64,000 nucleotides of DNA. It comes from Lingula anatina (lineage: Eukaryota > Animalia > Brachiopoda). Each line of letters begins with the position of its first letter. Position 1 is the stretch's first letter. Where the stretch lies: contig CM120642.1 of the NCBI GenBank assembly GCA_051362555.1, positions 6,820,001-6,884,000 of the forward strand, read 5' to 3'. Position numbers and translations under genes: made by a program. Shown here piece after piece: positions 13,298 through 25,006 of this stretch. The notes beneath the pieces are model-generated. The model was not told the origin of the DNA, ran no database searches, and saw only the letters and a list, made by a program, of their open reading frames with translations.

Positions 13298-15053
13298 TTG
13301 AATTTTTTCTACTTTTTAAAATATTTTGTTGCATAGTCCAAAGTGTTCTTAGACAACTGTTGCCATGGAACCAAAACAGTGTGTAAAATTAGCATTCTAG
13401 GTTTATCAAATCTGCATCAATAGAAGTCATGATACTTTGCTCGGTGTGTAAATGTCAAAAGATAAAACAAGTGGAATGTCTTGTTATGCGTATACTGCAA
13501 ATATATAAGCTTTTTACGTCAGATGTTAGTGTGATGTATTTATCGTAAGCTCTTTGAGGATTTTTTAAAACTGTCTTTCAATCACGTATCCGGCTAAGAA
13601 GGAACGAGGTGAATCCTTGTGGCGTTATCAGACTTAATCGGCAAACGACGGATTAATAGAAACCCTATTTGTGTATTTGACTTAAGGTAAAACACAGAGG
13701 AAAAGGTGCATTGTGTCATCATAAGATCACGTTTATGTAAATATGTACTTAATTCAGTTAACATGCACATACATTAAAACGCGTTCGGTGTGTTCCCATC
13801 AGGTCCACTTTAGACCGAAACTGAACCTAAAACAAGTTATCAAGAAGAATCAATTACGGAGAAATCCAGTTGCGTCTGGAAGAATAAGCGCGTTTTGGAG
13901 CCGAAATATTCCTTACCTAATGCAGTCAGGGTTTTAAACATTGCTTTAATGTTGTTGTATTTGGAGTTGGGAGAGGACGGCATTAGGTAAACAATCAGAT
14001 TGCATATGTCCATAAATTCATGTCATTTCAACCATTGCTTATAATGTTCACTGAAGCTTCTTCTACTTGTACAGTAGCACTGTCCTAGCCACCGTATTGG
14101 TGCTACAAATGTCAAATCTACGGATATGGTGGATTATCTATTCATGTGAAACCCTGATCTAATCAGTGTTCTTTATGCATTTTAATAAACCTAAAAGCGC
14201 TTACACGTATTGTTTATTTGCATGACAAAGCAGCAAGGGATTTTATTACGAACGAAGGGTGTGAAATATCGGACGGCTACGACAAACCAAACAGCGCATG
14301 GGTTAAGTCAAATGTGACACTTAATATACATGTATAACCATGATCAATGATCTTTCAATCTATGCTATATGTGTTTGTGCCATGTAATATTTCTAAGTAA
14401 AAAACAGACACGTGTGCACTAATTACCCATATAAGAGACACGGCCATGCGCATCTGAATCAATTTATCATAAATGTAATGAATTAAGAAATAACGGAAAC
14501 GTGTTGCATTGCATTGAGCTAATGCGTGGAACTATTTGTTATATAGATCGTTTATCTAAGCTTTTTAACAACGCTGACTCATATCTTTGAAACCAGTCTC
14601 TGTTCATGTGCTGATTGTCTTTCGGTGCACTTAGTGCCCACACAACATATGATACACTTGAACAATTTGAGGCATGAAGGTGTGTAAGGGACGATTTACA
14701 ATCTAAATTGTCTGTTTTAGTCCAATTAATTTGCTCTGTAGATCGAATATGTATTGTGCACAGAGATGATGTGCTGTGGTGTGCAGCGTGTAAACAAGTA
14801 CAGCCGAGAAGACATTAAGTGCACTTACCTAGTATATGCCTTTTGTATCTCTTGCATATTAGGCTAACGTTAATTTGGAAAGAATTTCAATTCTTCCTTG
14901 ACCTAACGCACTGCATTTAAACCTACCCTTACAAAATTTAAGGAGATTGTGACGCATTATAATTTTTTAAGGTGTGAAGTCATGCATGAAGTATATAAAT
15001 GACTCAAATAACATATAAACAGACACAACGCTATGTAATAATTGTGTTGAATA

Positions 15054-15120
15054 ACACACACGCACGCACACACACACACACAGATACACGCACACACACA
15101 CACACACAGAGAGACACACG
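15054..15120. repeat. Interrupted (CA)n microsatellite
   Basis: Direct CA runs with CG/GA interruptions. Confidence 0.9.
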
Positions 15121-15458
15121 CGGTAAGTACAATGTACATAGAAAACAAACACAATGTACTTCAATGTACTGTTTACGTATATTATTATCTTGTGCCGTAC
15201 TAATACTAATGCGGCATCTACAACTCGTCCAGAGATTTTTAATATTTCAAATACGTTACTTATATCCCTTGGTCTCTTGATTTTAGAACAAAGCGACTGC
15301 CTGCAAAAACGGCCTTGCTCTCAGAACCTTGCGTGAAGAAAGAAGGTTAGAAAGCCATTTTCTTTAATGCACGCATCATTAATTGGGGCGACATTTTGAA
15401 CTCACACAGGTTCGTGACAGTGCATATCATATTTGATCTCACATCTTTTTTTTTTCAG

Positions 15459-15482
15459 GGAAATTTGTTCCACAGGCAGTCG
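15459..15482 (+). other. Candidate 24-nt microexon
   Basis: CTCAC branch-like motif, T10-CAG acceptor (15458) and donor CG|GTATGG (15483). Length is divisible by 3 and no frame contains a stop. Confidence 0.25.
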
Positions 15483-16774
15483 GTATGGTTATGTTTTATC
15501 TTGTGACGCACGCCATCGGACGGCTGCGTGGTAGCCATCAAAACGCTTCATCTTCTTGAGGTCTGTTTTCCTTCACGTCGGGCATTTATGTAAACTGTTA
15601 TGTAAACTGTACACATGCACATATACCGTTGCAGCTTCTGATACCTTTTCACTGAAAATCAAATACAAATGTTTCAAAAAAAGTAGTAAGCGGCTAATTC
15701 AAAAAGACGTCAACTAATATTGCAACATTTACTTAAATAACATAACAACTTAGTCTTGTTGCGTGCAGTCAATGCAATAGAGGAACCGATTTCATTATCA
15801 ACTGATCTTGTTACAGTGCAACTTGAAGACCCCTACTGTGGTGACTTGGTGCATGTACAAAATGGAAGGATATCAGCTGATAGTGTTGTATTGTTGTCAA
15901 TTTTCCACAGCAATATCGTTTTATCCCTGAGTTTCATTAACATGCGATTCATGAAGATTAACGCCTACCGGTATGCTTAGATATAAACCACAACTTCTTT
16001 TGTGAAATCTGACCGTGTTTCGTGTATTTTTCATAAAGCATTCTCATCCGACGGCGGGTTCAGAATTAAAACCATAACCGTTATAGCAAGCCTCACAAAA
16101 AATAATAAAAATATAAATAAATAGATAAAATAAATAAATAACTAGTTGTTATAATACTGTTGCAAATTTATATTTTACTGGCTTCTGCTGATTTATTTTG
16201 TGTCAAGGTGGACTTTTTTTTTTTTGTTTAAAGGTTGAGACCAAATTTCATTTGTGAAATGGCCCTGACCATATAGATTTGCCAAGGTTTATTTTCCGGA
16301 TAACACGGCAACTTGTCGGCGTCGTTGCACCAGTGATGTGCCGTTGACTGATTTTATATTCACGGGCGTTAACTCAAATCAAAATTCCACATGAAATTGA
16401 AGATGGCAGCCCATCGAATATGTCCTATTGTTCTTTAGACACGGTGTATTGCGATACAGACGGAAGCCTCTCTGGGAGCAATTATGGAGTGGAAAAGTTG
16501 GGTAATTGGATTATCAGTATATTGTTAGTCGTAAGTGAAAATACGAAAGAAAGTCACGTCCAGCCGGTAATTAGACGAGGCATTTCCTCTTATAGAGCTA
16601 ATTTAGCATTATTAAATTATATGAAATAAATGGACGGACAAAGTGACACAAGCAGAGAGAGAGAGAGGGGGGGAGTACAAGTCCGTATCTACGCCTATGG
16701 CAAGCACTAGAATAACGCAAGGGCGTTTATGTATAGGAACATACAGCACTAAAAAGTTAACAAATTCCTCCAAG

Positions 16775-16790
16775 TGGCGCCCCCTACAAC
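16775..16790 (-). promoter_or_regulatory. Partial CTCF-like motif
   Basis: Minus strand GTTGTAGGGGGCGCCA matches the AGGGGGCGC core; the 5' half is poor. Confidence 0.3.
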
Positions 16791-16830
16791 TGACGCTCTG
16801 CATAACAAGCCTCAGTTCTGCCACTGAAAC

Positions 16831-16841
16831 AGAGAGAGAGA

Positions 16842-16874
<33 letters not shown>
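16831..16874. repeat. (AG)n microsatellite
   Basis: Direct AG run with one interruption. Confidence 0.95.
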
Positions 16875-18550
16875 TGGAAAAAGTGGAGACATTTTTAACG
16901 CAACACAAAAGACAGTGACTCACGCATCCCTTGTCCTTTGTCATGTTAAATCACTCCTCTATATGTTTTCATGAATCTAATAAACGAAGTGTTCTTAAGT
17001 CCTGTCATCCTCTCAAATTGCATCAATCACTGCAGGCAAGTCTTGGAAAAGATGGAGGAAATGAAATCATGGAGTCATGACACCTTTTCGCTGTTTTCTA
17101 TAAGTATAACATGTCTAATAGAATTTTATTAGAACAACAGAACGTAATCAATCTAATTTCAATTTCATCTGCGGAGACCAAAATGTCTCAATGATGGTTT
17201 ACCCATATTTCCCTAAGAATAAACATCAACGTTTCAAGAAAAAAAAAACAAGAAATTTTAAGTTTCGAGAGCTCCCAATTAAATAACTTTTGCAGAGGCT
17301 TTATTAGGGATTCACTGATTATGCAATGTGTGCTTAGGCCTTAGAAATGCAGAATCGACTTAATTATTGGCTATAATAATCATTCCCCACATACTAAGTT
17401 GTGTGTCATTGTTTTTCCGGACTTTTAATTGTAAAAATAATAAGAAATTGAGACATTTACGAATTTTTTGAAAGTACATGGTCAAATTCAACACCGTTTA
17501 ACAATAAACCAATTTTGAATTGATTCCATAAAGAAGATTGTTTGACTGTATTCACGCGCAGTGGGTTAGCGGGTTGTTCGATTGATATAACAGGTATCTT
17601 AACGTTAACGTCGTTTGATTGCAATCAGACTTTCATCTTCCTCCATTTTAGTCTAGAAACGTGTTAATCTGTCACGGCGCTGGCCGTGGCCCATTTCGTT
17701 AAAGCTATACGTGTAGGTCAGTGGAAAAAGAGTGGAAACCAGAAGAGCATGCGCAAAAGGCTCTATTCGATAGCTTAATCAGGAAATATCATGGGTACAG
17801 CGCACAAAGACGGACAACCAAAGCGAATAAGATTTTTTTTAACCTTTCAAAACCCCGTAATCCTGTCAAAAAACAGCGCTTGGAGTGCGCTGATTGTGAG
17901 CAAGCTTACATGGTAATTTCCTTTTGATCGGCTCCTCGCTGTCTTGAGGGAACACGAGGGTGAAATTCTAACACGAAACTAACGTTGGCCTCTTTCATAG
18001 TATTTTTATCTTCACGGGTTCATTTATTTATTTTTTTGTTTTGTTTTGCTTCATTATAAGGTGAGAAAACAGGAGGAAATTAACTACACATTACTTTTAA
18101 AAGTTCCATATAGAATATGAGAAAATGAGCGGAAATAACATGTATGTACACTACTTCTATCGATCATTAAAACAATGGGTTTATTTTCACAATCCAAAAC
18201 ATGATTTGATTTGTACTAGTACAATCACTGATCATGTTCCTGTGCCCCATTCCTATGCAGGAAAACAATTTTTGTGACAATTCATTACTATCACATTGTT
18301 TTGTCTAGACGTGGACAGCTTTTCCTTGTGCTTTTTTGTCGTTATATATTGCGTAACAAGACGTACATGTACACCCTGACCCCTAAAATCTTATACAATT
18401 AAAACTGTGTTCAAGTGGATCGGTCGCGATCAATTGTACACCTATAATTCCTTAGTATATAAATAAAAAGATAAAATAACATCTTTAGATGTAAAATAAA
18501 TAAATAAGTAAATAAACTACCGAACCCTCTTGGTGCTCAGCCCATTTCGA

Positions 18551-18615
18551 TCATGTCACATGATCTTGCATCGTCGCTGTAGCTAGCGACCTCTGGTGGA
18601 ATAAAACCGGAAGTG
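18551..18615. promoter_or_regulatory. Compact motif cluster: E-box, CTCF-like site and ETS site
   Basis: GTCACATGA (~18555); minus-strand TCCACCAGAGGTCGCT (18585-18600) close to the CTCF consensus CCASYAGRKGGCRS; ACCGGAAGTG (18606-18615) matching the ETS consensus. Confidence 0.5.
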
Positions 18616-19490
18616 CTCCGTCCCACATCCATATCAATGATAACTTTACTCGGCACAAATGTGTTACTACTGCACTACTGTAAAAATTATGACCTAATAA
18701 TATAAACAGATGTACTCACAATTACATAGTAAGTATCCAATCCCATTAAACAGTCTCTTACCAATACATGAATATCCATGAGGAGACATGTGTACCAGTA
18801 CAGATACAACTGAATAAGTTTACATAGACTTATATTACAAAAGAAGTTTCGATACAAAATACATTAATAAAAAAAGTTAATAAAATAATAAGAGATACAA
18901 GAATATCAAATATCTCAGAGATTCCTTGCGCTAATTTTTCTTCCTTTTTTGTCATGATGACTTGGAGGACCCATCATTTCCACCCTTATCTAGACCAAAT
19001 AATGTAACATTTTGTACCTCTAATTCCGAATTAATTCCCATTTACCGCGCGGAAGCCACGGCCGCGGGAGTCCGTGATTCTGAAAGGCTCCGCCTAATCT
19101 GGTGTGGCACTATGCGGTCGTGATGTGAAGGGAAGGGAGAACCAAGCTGTCAGCTAGTTCTGGTAGGAAATAAACGGATATGAAATCGGATTGGCAAAAA
19201 AATATAGCTATGCTGCGTCCAGCCTTTTAAGCTGGCCTATTTGACCTCTTGCTATGGCTAATCACACTCCATGGTCACCCACAGAGAAAGTCTGGTTTTT
19301 GCAGAAAAAAAAACCCCGATGCCTGCGTTCCAGGTTTAACTAAGACCTGCAGTAACTTTGTTTAAATTCACTTTGAATACTATTACCTTTAATAGTTTAG
19401 GATACCTTTATAAAACGTAAAACATACAGTGCTGTGCGGGACGTCAACTTGATTATGAACGCATTTAAAAAATTATAATCGGAATTGGTA

Positions 19491-19587
19491 CGGCTGTTCA
19501 GACGGGGAACACTACAGATCGGTAATCGGGCAAACTTCCGTCATCAGACTGTTTCCCAGGACAACGCTATCTCCGTCTGAACAAACC
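19491..19587. mobile_element. Short MITE-like element (PIF/Harbinger-type termini suspected)
   Basis: Perfect 11-bp inverted repeat tgttcagacgg (19495-19505) / ccgtctgaaca (19573-19583) with imperfect extension. Confidence 0.5.
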
Positions 19588-20081
19588 TGAGTATAAAAGA
19601 GAATCACGGGAAGTAGCACAAACGGGATGAAATAATAATGCAAATAACTGTACAAAAAATTAATGGGCTCCCAGCGCAGACGTGCTGATCTAAAATTACT
19701 GTCCCAAGGCGCGTATTTTTAATGATTGGATGTTCGTTAAGTTGTTAAGCATATAAAGTGTACGGAAACGTAATGTTCCTGTGTGCAACCTTACAGGTTT
19801 TATGTCATTTGTAAAGTTAACTGCACTCCTTTGGCTGTATAGTTGTGAATGCATGCAGGTTTATATGGCGGGTTACAAAAAAACGCAAGGACATGGCGTC
19901 ATCTTCAAGCCATGTGCTCTTGCAGAAGATATATTCCACCTTAACATTTGCTTCGTCTATAACTTTGATTAATAATATCGGTTTTTACTAACGGGTCTCG
20001 AACTGCCTTTGACTCGCTTTGTAAGCACCTGCTTGTTTTGTGTTAATCATTCACGAATATTTATTAAAACCTTATATCTCT

Positions 20082-20111
20082 AAAAAAAAAAATAAAAAAA
20101 AAAAAAAAAAA
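20082..20111. repeat. Poly(A) tract
   Basis: About 30 A with one T interruption. Confidence 0.9.
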
Positions 20112-21333
20112 GGGCACCTGCACGGGGCCTAGCTTATGGCGGATTATACTTCTTATCACAACGAAGAAAAAACAAAACCTGATTAGTCGGCATTAAGCGG
20201 AGGAGCTTCAAAACACGCCGCTGGCTGCTGGCGTTTTGTACGTGCTGAAATCATAATCGTTAAGCCATCTTTTTAATACTTAAGAGACATTAACAGATAA
20301 AGTTTAAAGGAACATAAACCGATAGAGTAAAATTAATGCTGTCATGCAAGTCGTATATAAATGGGTGAAATGCAGGCGCCAAAGAAAGTCAGTAAAGGGA
20401 AGAGTTAGTACTTAATATTACGTTCGTCATAAGGGGAGGGGGGGTATGAATCACACGAATGATAGTGTTTTGGATATGTTCTTTCGTAATTTTACAAATT
20501 CCTAATCATGTTACTGTTTTTGCCATAATTTATAATGCAATATTGATATTAATTTCTGTGCGCGTACTCGATTTAGAGGTGGAAAGACAAAATTGTACGA
20601 AAGATTTTAACATCTCCAACAAGTATTTAAAAGTTATTTGAACGCGTGCAGAACTTATAAATAAGAATTTTACCCGTATGCGCGGTTCTTGGATTCTTTA
20701 AATATCCTCACATATATCAAGAAACTTTTCTTAAGGGTTTTTTATATTTGTTTGCATTGTTTTTGCGTATGTGCACGGCCGTAAAAATTGACGTCGGAAA
20801 AGCTGGCGTTAGAGAATAAAAATAAAAAAACACACTTTTCAGTATATTTTAAAGTAAAAACTCGTCTAATGTTATAAGGTCCAATGTCAATAAAACACTG
20901 TAAGACTGCTCAAATATGAAGTTCACATAATATTGGCACCAAAGGAATAAGTTACATGTAGTGAGTTTTACACTTGGTTTACGACAAATTAAATCTAACA
21001 TCGGGTCAATCCTCGGCAAAGTCTCTATTGTGCTATGTCTACGGGGTTCTTGACGAATAACGTCCGCTTTGCAGACCTCATAGATGTGTGCATTTTTTAG
21101 GTTTTTGTTTCAAGTCCTTTTCAATTCTGTATCGGCCTGTGGCACTGCAGGATTACCAAATCAACTAATTGAAAAAGGCGAGGAATGGCCCGCGGGTGAC
21201 TCCTCCCGGGTTACTGCGACATTTTGATATTCTAAAGTGACGCAAATTTATTTATCAAATATGCAAACAATTACAAACAATAACCATAACATAAGCATAA
21301 ACCCAAAATAACAAACAAACAAATGTTAATGGA

Positions 21334-21337
21334 CACC

Positions 21338-21369
<32 letters not shown>

Positions 21370-21390
21370 CAACAACAACAACCAACAACC

Positions 21391-21422
<32 letters not shown>

Positions 21423-21506
21423 CAACAACAACCAACCACCACCACCACCACCACCACCACCAACAACAACAAGAACAACAACAACAACAACAACAACAAC
21501 AGCAAT

Positions 21507-21537
<31 letters not shown>

Positions 21538-21577
21538 CCAACAACATAGACAACATAAACAACAACAACTACTACAA
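21334..21577. repeat. Compound trinucleotide microsatellite (CAC/CAA/TAA)
   Basis: Successive CAC, CAA, CAC, CAA and TAA runs. Explains the homopolymer ORFs 21323..21511 and 21326..21568. Confidence 0.95.
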
Positions 21578-21739
21578 TAAAGTCAATATATAAAAAAGAA
21601 CCCTTTGATGCACGATTTAACGTCGCTGCCTGGAAGTAATAAAATCAAAACCCCACAAAACTGCTATTCCAGTGTTACAAAACAATTCACGTAGCATTAC
21701 GGTTTGGGCTTATAATTACTATTGATGATCACTTCGCAT

Positions 21740-21886
21740 GACACAGAGCACGTGGCTCTCCGACCACCCTAACATCGCACTCGCTCACCTGGCAGGCCAG
21801 TAAAAACATCAAAAGCGAGTCCCACCAGTCGACTGCGCCCTCACTAGCTGTTTTATAGCGGCAGTGGGTGACCTGTGCTTTCAGAC
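21740..21886 (+). promoter_or_regulatory. Candidate promoter (E-box, MRE-like, TATA-like, Inr)
   Basis: CACGTG at ~21749, TGCGCCC (TGCRCNC) at 21834-21840, TTTTATAG at 21851-21858 and an Inr-like TCAGAC about 30 bp later (21881); CpG-rich. Confidence 0.4.
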
Positions 21887-22013
21887 GTGCTTTAGCGATG
21901 TTTGCGAGTGGGGAGCGGAATCATTTGCTGACACACTACAATTTATGAAGGACAGCAGCTAGCGAACGCAGGATCCTAAGAGAAACGAAGAGCTGAACTT
22001 TCTGATAGGCCAA
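21883..22013 (+). other. Candidate non-coding first exon
   Basis: Starts at the Inr and ends at CAA|GTAAGC (22014). Only short uORFs that terminate within the exon. Confidence 0.4.
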
Positions 22014-24244
22014 GTAAGCATTTTATATATAGTATGGAACGATGAAGAAGTGCGTGTGTGTCTGCTGGGGAGGGGGGGGGGGTAGAGATAGAGATAATTC
22101 AGCTATTGCTTAAGGTCGCCTACGGCGTGCATATTGAGTTTAGTCGTACATCAGGAGCGTGTATATTGTTCGTACAGTGATATACACTACGTATGCGGGC
22201 TTGCATATTTTTTAATCTGTCATATTTCCCACAGACGGCACGTTACCGACCACACTTATTCTGTTGTTTTGGTTAACGTTAACTTGGCCGTGATTTAGGC
22301 ATTATTTTCATCAAAGCAGTATGTCTAACGTAGTGTGTGTTAAAACGGGCAGTTGTCACACTGTGTGGCTAAAACACTCAGCTGAAGTGTGCAAGGCAGT
22401 AGTCCAGTCGGGGGGGTCCATTCCAGGTTCGATGTCATAAACTATCAATATCAAGCCTGGATGGAGATCGGACTTTCCTTTTGTCACCCTGAGTTTCAGA
22501 GCACCTTGCGGCGGCTCTCCTATTTACGAGCACTCGCTCGCCGTCACGTGAGCGTTTTCCGATTTACGTATTCTGAAACACAGGGTGTCTACCGTAAGGC
22601 GTTTCTCTCTTTCTCTTTCTACGTAAAAAAGGTGTAGTTACGTCATTCTTCGACAGCGGAATATGTGAAATTGTATCAGTACTTCCTAGCGCCAGCGGCG
22701 CGTCAGTCACGATGGCAGATCAAAAAGCAAACGTTGCTACTGATATGGCTGTATTGCCAGTAACAGTGCCAAGTTCGCTTGTTTTATCACCTCGCATGCT
22801 ATTTCATCAAAGGTAGAACCTCCACCACGGAGCACTGGATAACGCTTTGGAGTTCCTTTTTTTAGTTATATATTTAGAATCGTTGACATCCGCTTTGCGG
22901 TCGTAAACTTCATAGACCAGACAATGATTCTCCGTGTTTTTTTTTCTCGTGTGATAGCGATGATTTTTTTCCCTATGAAACAGTTTCTCCGTTATATAAG
23001 AATCATGTATGTGGTGGTCTACCGCAGTCGTCGGAATATTTGTAATTATGGCTGATTTAAGACAGATACAGATCAAGCAGAGACATTACACTGGGACATG
23101 TTTACGAGTCCGCGTTCGTGTCGTTTCACTTTTAAAACTGTACTCGAAAAGGGAGACAAGTTTACACCATTGCTGTAAAATGCTCTTCTTTTTGGAATCA
23201 TTATTTATTTAGTAATGTTTTAAGAATATTATCTTTTTTGTCATCTTTTCTTATTATCAGACTTATTTGTATTGACTTGCCTCAGTTGCTGCGGTTATTT
23301 TTTAATCACAGTCTCTCATTTCCACAGTTAGACAACATTTATGTAATAAATGTCATGCCATACTTCATACATCTAAAATAAATACAGTGCCAGTGTTACT
23401 CTCTCATCCGCCAAAGAATCAGCTGACAAAATCAAATTTGCCGGTTCTCTTCATAGCGTCTGTATGGCAAAATTAGTCTGATGATCTTTGAAACACGAAA
23501 AAATGAGGTTTCTCACCAAATGTTTTATTGAAGAAAATGACCCAATGAATACAGATGCGTGTGATATGGTATGAGAAAATACAGAGCCAGACAGTGTTAC
23601 ACAACTTTGATCATCTCAGCAATAGAGCATATTTGGAAAATGTAACGAAGCTGATGTTATTTTTATTCTCCTGGGCTGTTTCTGTGTTACCGTCACAAAA
23701 CCAGACTCTTTGATGTCTACCCAACTACACACAAATGACAGTGTCTACAAAGCTATACATTTGTAACCATTTAGGACCGAGAAAAAAAACCGAGATAGTT
23801 ACAGCGCTTCCATTTCATCTCGTTTTTGAAATACCCAGTTGGATGAAAATATAGCTGAACAAAATCTGTCCAAATATGAAAAAAGGAAAAGAGAAGAAAA
23901 TACAGTAGCGCAGTGCCAACACGTTTACCTATTATAAATGCAACTTCGGTACGACGGTTGACAGCGGGGGTGACAAGCCACGTGCACCGTCACCTTCCCG
24001 AGCCCTTTATTGTGCTTTCTCTGGAAGTAGTCCAGACAGGGAGGATGAGCTTTAATTATCCCGTAGAACAATCAAACTGGCGTTGACCTGAGGTTGAGGA
24101 GAAGCTGACGTGAATTCCACTGTCTGCCGGGACCCCCCCCTCCTCCTAGAAGCAAACATAGACACGTACGGGGAAGGGGAGAGATGGGATTATGTTTTTC
24201 ATATCTGCGAATGTGTTACCGGTATATAAATAATTATATAAACG

Positions 24245-24267
24245 CTCTCTCTCTCTCTCTCTCTCTC
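24245..24267. repeat. (CT)n microsatellite
   Basis: Direct CT run. Confidence 0.9.
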
Positions 24268-24980
24268 ACGTGCGCGCGCCTACATGTGTGTTTCCCAGTG
24301 TATACATATATAATCTAGTGTTAGAACCGATTTTATTATCAGTAAGAAGTGGTGACTAGATTTTCTATCTCCCACTATCAAATACAGTGGTGTAGATCCT
24401 CCGTAGACTGTTCCTGTGACCAATGTTTATAGAATCCTCGAGCTGAGCTTGTATCAGTATATGTCGCCTTTCTTTCTATGAAAGCGACATTTCGTAGCCG
24501 AAAGTATGACAGGAACGAGAATGAAAAATATAGCCGTCTTTGTTTTAATTAACCTTATCCTTAACCTTTTTTTTATTTAATAACCGATATAGTTTACTAA
24601 CTTGTCTACTTCATTTCATTTTACGAAATATTAATAATGTTTTCACTGTGTTTGTGTCTGACTTTTTTTTACTTCTGCACATATTGTATTGGTTACATCG
24701 CTGTGACCTTTTCACCTTTAATGAATGGTGAAGTCGCTGTCAAACTGTCCCGACAGATTAAGTCAACTCGACTTGACAAACGTTCAACTAAGGTCATAAT
24801 AAGGACATCAGATTGGAAAGGGAAAGACCTGAACTACACGCATTGTGAGCCAATTACCCTTCAGACGTGTTCATGTTGTCATTTTGTGGAGAATGCTAGT
24901 GTGTATGTGTGTGAGCGTGCGTGCGCGCAGGATGGCATAAGTATGAGGTGGTAAAGACGCGTATGCAGATTGCGTCAAAC

Positions 24981-25006
24981 AGAGAGAGAGAGAGAGAGAG
25001 AGAGAG
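24981..25006. repeat. (AG)n microsatellite
   Basis: Direct AG run. Confidence 0.9.

Noticed and set aside
17555-17585. tRNA A-box-like GCGCAGTGGGTTAGCG
   Set aside because: No correctly spaced B-box or cloverleaf.
19990-20040. Minus-strand B-box-like GGCAGTTCGAGACC
   Set aside because: No A-box or acceptor stem; insufficient for a tRNA or SINE call.
21323-21568. ORFs with poly-T/N/P/H/Q or poly-L/V/C/W tracts
   Set aside because: They are translations of the compound trinucleotide microsatellite.
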